Source: Trichosphaerium sp. ATCC 40318
Taxonomy: Eukaryota; Protista; Tubulinea
Reading direction: 5' to 3'
DNA: 64,000 nt
Assembly: GCA_038496445.1 (NCBI GenBank)
Contig: JALMLS010000062.1
Span: 310,001 to 374,000, forward strand
In this document: in pieces, positions 36,715 through 49,100 of the stretch
Layout of the letters: each line of letters opens with the position of its first letter
Position numbering within the stretch: position 1 is the first letter of the stretch
The notes under the pieces: generated by a model
The model's input: only the letters and a program-made list of their open reading frames with translations
What the model was told of the DNA's origin: nothing
Database searches by the model: none
Translations under genes and position numbers: made by a program

Positions 36715-37076
36715 AGTTCATTCCATTTGGAGTAGTTGTAAATGATTAAAGGTGTCTTGAAGCAACTTATCCACGTGTTTCTCAAAAAGTATTCTCCATA
36801 AACAATCAATCACGTGATTTCTTGTATTGGTTAATGAAGAATAAAAAATGTGATACGATATTTGTCATAACTTCTGTGCTTCACTTCTAGCGTCAAGGTT
36901 AGCCTGAACTCATCTCGCGTGCGAGAGTTGTGCAAATGTTGCAATTGCTTGACTCTAGGACTTTTTTATCCTAATCATTGTAGTATCAAGTAATCGCAAT
37001 AGCCAGTTACTTAGAGCGTGAACTTAACTGAGTTAAGTACATCACATAGCGAAGCTTTTTTTTGAATTTTTTTGGC

Positions 37077-38483
37077 ATGCGTTTATCATCTATACTAAGA
37101 GCCAGAATGGATAAGTTGCCAGTAACGATAGATTGCGAGTTCTACAATACACCTAAGATCGCTGCAGCGTATTTATTGAAAGAGGGCAAATCAGGAGCTT
37201 TTATTGATAATAATACAAATAAAGCAGTACCAATACTTCTCGACGCGTTAAAACACAATGGGCTAACACCTGATCAAGTAAAATATATAATTGTAACGTA
37301 CACGACGTAAATCATCGTTTACCTCTAAGATAACGTAGACATATACATTTAGACCATGCTGGAGCTACAGGAAAACTTGCTCGGCTGTGTAAGAACGCAA
37401 TTGTCTTAGGTACATACCAAACGCTATTTTTAAGCGTCGAAAACACTGTTTGCGCATTTGGTAATTAGTTGAACGTGTTTTGTATTTTTCAATGTTTTTC
37501 TTCGCTTATTCAGGTATTTAGCGCATCCACGAGCTGTTAGACACCTTGTAGATCCTTCTCAAATAATTTCTGGCTCAAAACAAGTGTATGGAGAAGCAGT
37601 ATTTAAGTCTATTTACGGCGATATTGAACCAATAGATGAAGGTTCGTAATTTCCTTAGACTTATATTGAAGTACTGATGCTATATAGCACGTGTTGTTGC
37701 TGTTGAGGATGGAGAAACGAAGAACTTAGGTGAATCACGTGAGCTTCAATTCTGGCACACGAGAGGACATGCAAAGCATCACTTTGTTATTCATGATAAG
37801 GGCTCGAATAGTATATTCACAGGAGACACTTTTGGTATTTCCTACACTGATCTACTACGTAAATATACAAAAAACAAAGGTGCGTCAAGCTTACAATACG
37901 TGAAACTGTTGGCGGAGCCGGACATCACAAACTTTTTTGTAAGTTTTTTTTTTAGGAGATCCAAAGATGGACTTTTTATTTCCAAGTGCAAGTCCTATAG
38001 ACTTTGAAGCAAAAGAAGCACATAAATCAATTGATAAAATTATATGTACAGGTGCCACTCGGGCTTATTTGACACATTTTGGTGCTTGGGAGGATATGAA
38101 AGAAGGTAAAGAACATACCAAAGTATTTTTTGTTAAATTCACTATTAGGCGCTAAACAAATGCACTATGGGATTGATAGATATGCTGAAATGACAGATAT
38201 CGCATCAAGAATGTTAAAAGAAGACGTGGAAGAGAAAGATGTTATACAGGCAATACGTAAAGAGCTTGTCAAGTTCTACAAAGAAGAGTTTTCCAAGCGT
38301 TCAATACCAGGTAAATTAATATCATTCAACACTTTAGTTTATTTGAATAACTCATATTTATTGTCTTTTTTAAAAGATGACATTCAAGAAATATGGCGTA
38401 CTTTTGAGCTTGATATAAAATTAAACTCAGAAGGTATTGTCATTGCTGCAAAACGCATGGCTAAAATTAGATCAAAATTGTAA
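37077..38483 (+). CDS. Metallo-beta-lactamase-fold hydrolase, multi-exon
   Basis: YIIVT|HIHLDHAGATG, AHPRAVRHLVDPS, HTRGHAKHH, FTGDTFG, YLTHFG. Arg-rich N-terminus resembles a mitochondrial presequence. Confidence 0.93.
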
Positions 38484-38538
38484 AATAACAAAAAAAGTCC
38501 AAAAAAAATTATTTTGTCCGCTGTAAGCTGTTTTTTAC

Positions 38539-39140
38539 TTGTTTTTTCAACTTCAAAGGGCAACGACAATCGAAGAAACAGATAATATTCTAGACTTTCC
38601 ATCAGAGGTTTTTGCAAGGATATTAAGTCATACAGAAGAAAGAGAAGTTCTCTGTGGCTCAAACATGTCATTTGATTATTCACGATGTTGTCGGATACAA
38701 AAAAGTGTAGCTATCACGTGTTCCAGATTTTCTACGAATTCGACAATACAAGCGTATCATGAACAATACCTCAGTATAGATAGCATATGACATGGATAGT
38801 ACATTGTATTCTCTAGCTGGTTGTCGGCACATTAGAACATCATACGAATATTAGTACTGGTGATCTAAAGTGAACTAAACTTCGACAGCTAACTTGTTAT
38901 GATTTATGTTTTGCATGGTTATGGAGCCAACGAAGATTACTCAGACTCCTTAACCTAAATAAATCTGTAAACATTCAAAGGGTGGTTTAAAAACTACAAG
39001 AGACAATAGCATTTGAAACTATTGCAAAATATAGGTCAAGTATTGCAAAAGGATATTAGTCTACAAGATGACGCTTCACTTGATTGGGTTGGGATACATA
39101 CAATGAAGAATACCAAAAGAAATAAGAATACGCTTTGAGG
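38539..39140 (+). pseudogene. Degraded F-box gene remnant; 3' part paralogous to about 45230-45375
   Basis: ILDFPSEVFARILSH F-box-like motif. About 38980-39125 aligns with the 3' end of the 44661 gene with frameshifts. Confidence 0.6.
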
Positions 39141-39732
39141 AAAATCTGAGCTATTGGTGTTTTGAAACATTGTCTTTTATTTACGTTCTGCGTATGTACT
39201 GGCGATGTAATTCCATGACAAAACACATATCACAGTGTAGTAAATAAAGCACATTATATTAGTATAGTGTTACACCTACGATATAAAATTAAGCTACGGT
39301 GATGGACAATACCAGCGTATACGCTACAAGGACTTGTAGAAAACAACATTTTGCTCTTTGTCTCAAGATGTACCGTTTTTCCATACTGTGCGTACTAACG
39401 TCTTTGTCTACATTCGTTGTGCTTTCAATGATCCAAATGAATACTAACAGTCTGTAACAACAAAAAAAACAAAATGCTCACATACTGTAACCAAAACTGT
39501 GATCTCATGACTAGCAGTTGTCATATGAATGTTCCAATGATGTTAGAAGTGCGAAAAATATTGAGTAGCGCTAAGAAAGGTAGCAATCTGTTACCTAGTA
39601 TCTATTTTAGTTTCGAAAAGGTGACAAACTTTTACAACCCACAACGGAGGTTTAGGGAAAAGGATAAAACTGTGTGAATCCTAACTTTACTATGTTCGAT
39701 GTAGTTTGACCGGTAGGTGCCAACAAATCGTG

Positions 39733-39945
39733 CCAAGTAGTTGAATACAGCGAAGCCATCAAGTACACAAATGCAGCGTGTACACATACAAAAAGGTTAA
39801 TGTTGTATTGGTAGAGTATATGTACAGCTCTTTAAACATTTACAAAACCGACAAAACCCAAGTAGTTGAATATAGTGTAGCGTCATCAAGTACACAAATA
39901 CAACGTACTCCTGTATTACACTTGTAGAGTACATTAATGGCTCTC
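39733..39945 (+). repeat. Degenerate ~125-bp tandem duplication
   Basis: CCAAGTAGTTGAATA....CATCAAGTACACAAAT occurs at about 39733 and 39858. Confidence 0.75.
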
Positions 39946-40438
39946 AAACTTGAATAAAACTAAAAAAACGTGGACACCAAACGACAACCCATTTTGTTCC
40001 ACCTCACAAGCGCTGTATACTCACAAGGGAAAAAGTTACCACGATAGAAGGTATGTATGAAATACGACTTTCGACATTGTTTATCGCTAGGTACCAATTA
40101 CTCCGTTATCTTTTTATGGTCTGGTGAAATGGTACATGGTTTGAGTATTACAGAAAACAGTAAAAGACGCTTGGAAGATTGTACTGAATACATTAACGCA
40201 AGTTCTCTTGGTAGCGTAAACAGTATTGATTCACACTTCGCTAGTTAGAAAGTACGCCTGTTTTATCACTTTTTCTTAACAATACAACAGCGACAACAAG
40301 TCTACTACTAAGTACGCTATTCTCTATCATTTGTCTTATTTTGAAATCCACCGGCGAAACTTGTTTTACAAAAACAAATCATGTGGGAAATTAGAATACC
40401 GAAATGTTGTTTTAGCCTTTCTAATGTTGTTTGTAGAA

Positions 40439-43400
40439 ATGCGTGGAGCCCTTTTCTTGGCCTCGCTTTACTTGATCTCTCATATTGCGACCGTACACGG
40501 TGCTTCAAGACCAACGGCTTCTGTACCAAACTGCGATGCTGCTTCTCCTGACTGGGGCTGTCCTCCTGCTGAGTACAGAGTATTCCGAAGTGGTAGAATC
40601 GACAGACTTACCTGTAACAAAAGACCAGAACCTCGTATGTCATGGGCTACAAAGGTCGTTCGCCACAATGCTTACAGCACTTGGGCTGGAGCAGAAGATG
40701 CTAAAGAGACCGAATACATTCCTGAAAAAGTTATGGACATTAGCATTCGTGTCAACAACTATGACTTCAAATACCGCGGTATTCTCATCTACGCTCAAGA
40801 CGCTGACGGTAATAGAGTTGGTGAATGGCTTCTACCTGATGAAAAGAACCGTACGTTGCATAAAATAACACAAAAGGTCATTTTTGTTTTCGCTCGTTTA
40901 GTTTTTTTCCGGATGTTGTGATTTGCTTCTTTTAATCGTAACAATTTATTTTCAGACTTTGTTTTTTGCTTTTTTTTGTACTTGATGTTCACGTGTTGAC
41001 TTCTTTTTATAGCATTCTTTCAATTACCTTGGCCTAATTCACATGAGTGTCGCCAAAGCATTACACACAACAGCGCTGAACTCAAGCCTCTCAAGTCAAC
41101 ATGGAAGTGGAAGGCTCCTCCAAGAGGAACCGGTCCAGTAACATTTCATTGCTTAATTAAGCAAGGTGATGCTAATACAGGCGCCTTTTATTGGCCAAAC
41201 AACCGCGGAACGGGACCACTCAAACTCACAGAGTCAACCAAGCGTAAACCACGTCAAACATGGTTTCAATCCAAGGTAAGCCTTCTTTTTTTATTATTGT
41301 TCTGAAACTAATATTTCTTCTTAGAGAGGTCAATCTTGTACCGCTAGATGTGCTGAAGAGAATCTACAGTGCGATGTTGTCCATATGGAGCGTGTAAACA
41401 GCCCAACAAAAATTGAACAGCTCATTATTCCACAAAGTTTCCCTTGCAAACTTCCATATGTCAGTGGTTGTAGCAACAAAGGAGCTACAATGGGTACTGA
41501 TGGCCTTTGCTACTATGATGACACAAGATGTGCCGCACAAGGACGTAATACTGGACGTGTTACTTGTGACTCCAGAAGCGGTGATACAAGAATCGGGTAC
41601 GCTAAATTCAATCACACTTTTTTTTCTATCTTTGTACTTACATTTTTTTAGACTTCGTATGTGCAAATGTCTCGCAAATACTCTCCCTCCAGCCAACCCA
41701 GGTAGAACTGTTATTGCTGCAAGAGGTGCAACTTCACCTGCTACAAAATCAACAACATCTTTCTTGTTCATGGCTCTCGCTGTCCTCGGTTTGACGATGC
41801 GATCTTCTGGAAAGATGACAACTTCAGTCGTCTTGGCTCTCTTCCTCATCGCTTTGGTTTCCTTCCCAACCACTCAAGCCCATAACTGGCAATTTGGAAT
41901 TGGTAGAAGCGCAGATGTTGCACTTACCCAAACACCATGTCCATCAAGAAGACAAGCTTCTCCTCACGTTCAAGTTGGTCCAAACCAAAAATTTGAAATC
42001 GAATGGTCTGTTGGGCATACTTCGCCTTCATACTACGTCATTGTCAAGGCTGAAGATGAAGCAAGACTTAGAGAGGTATCTTTCGACCTTATGGAAGCAT
42101 ATATGAGCGAAGCACCAAACAGCGCTTGCCAGAATCTACCTGTATACCACAGACAATTCAGAGCTCGTGATGCTGGTTTTGATGCGTTCGAACAATACTA
42201 CAGCGGTCCAATCGCTGATACTTCTCCAAACTTTCTTCCGCGGCCAGAAGCTTTCGGTCTATGGGCAGATGACGCTACATTATTCGGATACAGGAACGAT
42301 CTTGAAATCAGAAATTATTGCGAATACACCAACAACAAGCTTGACTTTGTCCTTGGTATCTTCAAGTTCGAACATCATGCGCACAGACCTGCTGATGCTG
42401 ATATGGTAAGACTTTCAATACCAAATGGTGCTGCATTCGGTGACTACGTTATTCAATGGCTATGGAGAGGTTACAGAGATTGCGTTGATGTTAACTACGT
42501 CAACAGACAAGTAACAGATATCTACGGTCTTCCAAACCCTGCTGGTGGATTCAGGTTAGTCAACGTGTTGAACAGTTGTTTTTTTTATTTGCCTCTTTTA
42601 TTTTATATTCATCTTCTGACTTAATTGTTTAGCCGTATTGATCACTGTTACTTCCCTAATCCACGACAAGCATTTGGTAAGTACAACTGGCATTTTTTGA
42701 TTTGTTTTGATCTAAAAACGTGATAATTTGAAGAAAAACACGTGTTTATTTTCGGGGTTTTTTCTATTTGGTTCATCTCGTATCTTACTAAGTTTTTTCT
42801 CTTAGATTGTCACAGAATTTACAACGATGTTGATGTTTGTAAACTTTCTTGTGAGCGAAGAAGTTCATGCGCAGGGTTCATGGTCCTACCTAGACGTCTA
42901 CAACCAAGCATATACAACTATCGTGCCAATCTTACCCATCCGATATGCAAAGACATTGTGAGATCTCTGGGAGAACCATGGGATTCAGTAGACATGTGCA
43001 TCACCATCCAGCCAAGAAGAGTATCAGAGACATTCGGTCCAGAAGAAGTAGTGCACGCAGGTGACCCTGCTTATAACTCAACATGTTGGATGAAGGGATC
43101 AGGACGTCTATTCCCTGGATTCGTTGTTCCGCCACAACATCAAAATATCCCATGGAGACACGGAGATGAATGCATATCTTGTGATGATGTAAACCTAAAC
43201 AAAAATGTTACACGTCAACCAAAGTGGCGAATGACAAACGACTGCAGAAACTGCGACTTGGAACCAAAAACCGATACACCAGCCTTCGATCCACCTAGAC
43301 TCGTCTTGAAGGAAGCTGGTATGGCATGCGACGGTCATTATAATTACCAATACCTTGGCAGAGACAAACCAAGACACCACGATTGCCCCGAAGAAACATG

Positions 43401-43677
43401 GAGGGATTGCAAGAAAGAAGTACTAATCAGAGGACGTATTGCACCTTGGAACGCCCGTCACTTTGCTAACGATTGTGCTGCTGCCGCTCTAAGAGATTCA
43501 CAATGTTCCGATACAGTCTATACTATAAAACGCACCGGTTTGTATTACAGCGGTGGATTTGGATATAGCTGTTATTGTATGACAAAGAAAGCTTGTTGTA
43601 ATGGATGCAGACCAAGAGCAATGACAAACACTCCAGAACTCTGGGATATTCATACTATTCATCGCGGATCGTCATAG
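40439..43677 (+). CDS. Secreted multidomain protein: Reeler domain, Cys-rich module, double hydrophobic segment, LPMO-like His1 domain, PAN/apple-like Cys-rich modules
   Basis: Signal peptide; Reeler motifs YRGILIYAQD..RVGEW, ITHNSAELK, WKAPPRGTGPVTFHCLIK; continuous spliced frame through LALFLIALVSFPTTQA-HNW, EIEWSVGH, YVIQWLWRGYRDCVDV; CKLSCERRSSCAGF. Confidence 0.8.
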
Positions 43678-44660
43678 ACTTCTTTAGCTACCAAAGTAGC
43701 ATTAACACAAATAAATCAGTTACAGCCCAAAATACATCATTTTGTTGTTATTTTTAATTTTCTTTGCATCACGTGCTAAAAGTCTATCAGCCTGAGTTCT
43801 TCCTGCTGGCTTCAGCTTTATTTTAATATGACTTTTGATACTTGAAGTAACCATGCCGCTCTGCTTAGGATGCCTCCAATGATTGAAGATATTGTACTGC
43901 AAGCGAACAATAAAGGGTTTTCAGTATTCATTGGATGAGTTAGAAAAGACAACTTATTTGAATTGTCAAAACCGAATTTTTTTTTGGAACTGAAACGTAT
44001 TTTTAGTAGACAGTGATAGGCAGAAATAGTACACGCGAAGGCACAGCCTTAACCGCCAAGAGGCAGACCTCTGAACCGCAAAGTAGAGATGGAGGAGCGT
44101 AAGCGGGTTGGTAATAGCCGCCAAAAGGAAAGAAAAGGCTCAAAGGAGCAAATTAAGAGGTGCTCAGGCGGAGGGTAGGCGCTAATAAAACAGTGTATTT
44201 TGGAAACGAAATATGCAAAAAGTCAAAGCACGTGATTTTTTCTTTTTTTAATTGTCAATCTTTCATATTGCGCTCATTAATCTTTCATCAATCTCAAATA
44301 CGTAGGGGAGATAGAAACTATTTTAAGTAGAGTTTTTGGTTTTTAGTTTGCATCATTTTTACATTAGTCAGCATTCATTCAGATTGATTAAGGGAGGTGG
44401 GTAGAGGTCGCGGTAGCTGTTTTGTTATGTTGACGCTCTGTTGCGACGTTTGGGAAGTGAGAGAGAAGTACAAAAGTCTCTTGCATTCCGTTACCATCTT
44501 TTCACAGCGTAGAAGTATGTTGACTTCGTCCGCACAGTATAGAAGAACGAAAAAGGTAGAATTTTAGTTGTTATTATAGGGCTAACAGCAAATTGCTTCT
44601 GTTGGATTTCACCATTGAAAAGTGCTCTATTTGCGTCTAGCCTCATTGCCTGTAGAGAAT

Positions 44661-45335
44661 ATGTCATCTTGTTATATTCTACGCGTACCAGACATAATAC
44701 AAGAGATCTTAGACCGTTTAGACGGTAGTTCAGCTGTATCGTTCATAAGTACATGCCAGCTTATGCACAACAGATGGAGAAGTTCAGGACGTGCGTTAAA
44801 ACCTAAATTACAATATTCTATTCTCTGATTTTTTAATTTTCAAGTACTTCGTATGTGCCTTCAAAGGATGAATTACCACAAAGATGCCATTGCATTCTTG
44901 AGCAAAGAAGAACCGTTTGACGTTATACAAATGCTCAACTTTTCAGCTTTTCTTGAGACTTCTTGTCAGTCGTCCAGGTGCTCGCCCTTTAAATATAAAG
45001 GAGCACACATGGAGTTTAAAAGAGGACTTAAAGGTATAAGTGGAACCTTTGAAGTACCTTGGATGGGTGCAGCAAACTACGAGATTGTAAAAATAGAACA
45101 TTCGAGCAGTGGAAGACGATATATTCACTTTAAACTATCCAATCTGGGAAACCTTGACAGCTCTTGGTATTCAGCTCTTCGTGACTCCGGATTTAGCGAG
45201 CATATGGTAATGTATGGAGACAAAGCATCTAAAGGTGGTTTAATAAAAGAGACAATCGTGTTTGAAACTTTTGCAAAATATAGGTCAAGTATTGAAAAAG
45301 GATTTAGTCTACAAGATCACGCTTCACTTGATTGA
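44661..45335 (+). CDS. F-box-like orphan protein (intron 44790-44844); the terminal TGA may be a recent TGG>TGA change
   Basis: ILRVPDIIQEILDRLDGSSAVSFISTCQLMH. The frame continues GWDTYDEECQNK* after the TGA, and the paralog remnant has GATTGG at this site. Confidence 0.65.
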
Positions 45336-46145
45336 GGTTGGGATACATACGATGAAGAATGCCAAAATAAATAAATCAATCAATTTAAGGATAAATCTGA
45401 GGTATATGAGTAAAAGTATTCGTGTGCAAACACTCCAATTGTTTAAACAAAAGAGAAAAAATAGGAATCTGTGTTTATTCTTGTTTATTCTACGTATTTC
45501 GCACATAAGCGTTTTAGTAATACGCATGTTCGAAAAGTATTAGTCTACCATTTAATTAGCACATGGCCCAGAGACTTGAACGCACTGACAATTCTGCAAC
45601 CTTTGTACTCAATAAACTACAACATAACTTGCAATTTAAAAATAAGATTTACTACTTGGTGGCCACAGTACTTCACTGTTTTTGTTCATTTTTACACCCC
45701 TTGTGCCGCGATTTATTAATTCGTTGATCTAAGGTTCCTAGAATAGGCTGTAAAATATTCTTTCTCGTCACGTGATGTTTGTTGTCAAGTTAGAATGAAA
45801 GTCAAAATACGTCAATTTTATCCAAAATATTAATAGCACGTGTTTGTGGAGAAGTATGAAAAAAACTGTAGCTGGCAGGTGGCAAATTTGCTTGCAAGAT
45901 AGGTTAAAGTGAATGATTTATCGTCTTCCACTACTGAATAGTCAACAAGACTTTACATGTTAATCCATACAATTGATCACCAATTCACAAAAAAAAAACA
46001 AGCGAGCGTAATAGGTAACTTTCTAAGTTCGTAATACAAATATACAATTAATAATAAGCTATATCTACAAAGGGGTCGATATGTTGATCGCTAGCGCATG
46101 GGCAATATTTTTATCTTTTTTTTTTCTTTTTTTTTTTCTTTTTTT

Positions 46146-49100
46146 TCAATTTCGTTCAGGGTGGACTAGTAGATGTATCGCAAAGTTAAACTGGGTAGCC
46201 TTATTCTTTAAACTCTCCTTAATAAGTCCTAGAAAGAATTGAGAAGCCTCTTGATCTGTTTTATCAAGTGCAAGGGCTGAACGAAGGTAATTAATGTCTG
46301 ATTCTTGAGACAACTCAGCCATTCCTGTACCGACCATCTAAAAAAATTAGAGTTAATGACACATAACAACAGCAAAATAGGAGTAAAAATTCTGTAAAAT
46401 ATTTGTGCGTTGACTAGTTATCAGGGAGAAATTGCATGAGTGAGAGAAAGATTAGTTTTAAGAAAAGCATGAAATTGATTGTTTCTTTTATGTACCATTG
46501 AGAATAAGTTTATAAATATATGAGCGTTACGTCTTAATATGTTATAAGCTTTACAACATAATGCACAAAATAGCTTATATAGATTAGATTCAGTTCCACC
46601 TAAACGAAAAAAAAATAAGTAAGAAACCCCGAATTTACAGCAATTCTTCATCAACAAACCACATTGAATCATGCTCGTTTCAACGTTGATTATCCTAATT
46701 ATATCTTTTAACGTACCCATTACATATGCCATATCAGGTGTAAATACAAAAGGCGCTCTATCTCTTGAAATACCAGCAAACTTTTCTGAATTTCCCAAAA
46801 ACCGACCAAAATCAATATGAAACATATGACCTTTCTTTGTACACATAATATTATCATTATGTCTATCACCAATACCTAGAACATATGTCGCTACACAATA
46901 TCCAGCACAACTTCTGACAAAGTCCTGAACAGCTAGACGGAAATCTTCCTCTAAAGCAGAAAAAAGTAAGAAAAAAATCGTATGATTTAGGAGCTTGCTC
47001 CAAACACGCTATCAGCTGGCATACCTTTTGGGTTATGTTTAGCAAGCCACCACCGTATAGGTTTTTCGCTAAAAGCACCTGTGACACCACCATACTGTTT
47101 TTGTATATCTGCAGCAGTCTCGGACTCGAGAACAATCTCAATCATACCAACATTATCACCTGTTTCAATACATTGATATGCTGACATTTTCAAGTCCAAT
47201 CCATCTTTAAGCCACAACTAAAACATTATTATCTCAGCTTGTTGTAAACAAAAACAATAAAAGGAGCTTAGTAGATCAAACTCGTTCTTATAACTATTTT
47301 GAAAGTTGAACTGTTTTGGTACCTTATCCATTATACGGAACATTTGTAATGTCAATTGATCTTGAAGCAAATCATCTCCGACCTTAAACAACGCATATAA
47401 CGGTGCGCCCATAGCATCATTATTGGCAAAAACAAGCCACAAAGGAAACTAGGAATAAGTATTAGAAATTCGCTGATTTTTGTGCGCGTGATAACACGTT
47501 GTAAGGAGGCGTACCGTTTTAGAATCTAGGTGCTTGCATTTATCTATTATGAACTCCTTACCTTGCCATGTTGGCTTGACTGGTATTTGGAACTTTGCTG
47601 GCAGCTTCATACGAGTTAATTCATTATTTAGGAATTGTTTTCGTTTAGAGTCTTTGCACTCAATGACACCACTAGCCGCTAAACAACGTCAGAAAACTAG
47701 AAAAAAAAAAGGGAAGAAAAAAAAAGAAAACAATAAGCATCACCAAATAGTACCTCTATATAAACTTGTGTATACTTCAGTCTGAGTCATTAGATCCAAT
47801 AGGTATCCTGAGCAGTATCTACATTGTTTTAGGTAATAGATAAAATACACTAGACAAATACCTCAAAAACATTTCAAGTACAGCAGAAAATCGTTCCCGA
47901 TAAATTTCGTATTTGAGGCAAGAACGCATGTACCAGAAAAAGTAATGGCCAACAGACGTTACGTTCGTAATAGCACGCATGATTAAAAACCTAGCAAGTG
48001 TAGAATCATGGTGCATCTCATGCTTGAGTGCCTTAAAAAAACGTAAACAAAAACGATTGCATAGTTGACAACTCTTACTTGAACAAGCTGCAAAAGAATG
48101 TCTGAAAGCTCTTCATCTGTTATTCTATGAAGCTGTTTCACAGCGTAACTTCTTATATGTTTATCTTTGAATCTATGGTTAAGAAGCTCCAAAGCATTAA
48201 GTGCTGGAATGTCAGGCCATTCATGTATCAAATTGTAGCATTCCTGAAAAAAAAAGTTAGTACTGGAATAAAAAACTGATTGGTTCGTTTGTTATCGCTC
48301 AAAATCATTAAACGTACCTCTATATCACCAGGTCTATGCCAAGGTACACTTGCCATCACTTTAGGAAGAGATATTGGAATGGTCTACATACATTAATATT
48401 AAGAAATAATTGAATGTTGTGGATTTTGTTGAATTCTACCTTGCAATGCTCGCGATAATGCCAAATGAGTTCCTTTTCATCTGCTGACAAATGAAACATT
48501 GGACCTTTATTAATGATTTTTGCAATCTCATCTGTAACATCACGTGGTGGAGTAGAAAGTCTACGATTTGTCCTTCTATGTGCTAAAAAAAATATATTAG
48601 TATGCCAAATCTTTCACAAGTATACACCAACACGTGCCTTTATACGTAAAATTTGGGAAAGCAACTGGACTTTCTAAAATCTCTATTTCAAATACAACAT
48701 CTGGACCATTTCCCGTTTGTAAATGCGATGCTACAATTCAAGTATTAGAATCAACCCTAAAAGGATACAAGAAAAAAACGCGAAAATCTGAAATAGATCT
48801 GTTTATCGTTTTGTTGCTTTACGATGGTGTAGTATAGTACTGCTGTTTTGATGTTATATAAAAACGTACCCATATGATCTGGTGGAGAATCTACAATACA
48901 AGGAATAATATGACAACCACGTCGTATAAATCCTCTAAAGTCATACAAGTTGAAATTGAACCAACCAATAACTACTTCTTTTTTGCCATAAACAGCTAAT
49001 ACTTGGCAATGCAATACAGAAGCCCATGGTACAACATTATAATAACTCAATATTTTCCAACTATTACACTGTATCAATACATAATAACTGGAAGATAAAC

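Noticed and set aside
23925-45375. TGA reassigned to Trp (in-frame TGA near 23932 and 45333)
   Set aside because: Dozens of Trp codons in the MORN arrays are all TGG, and TGA terminates PI3K (46146), the 7TM gene (17952) and the mucin gene (57162).
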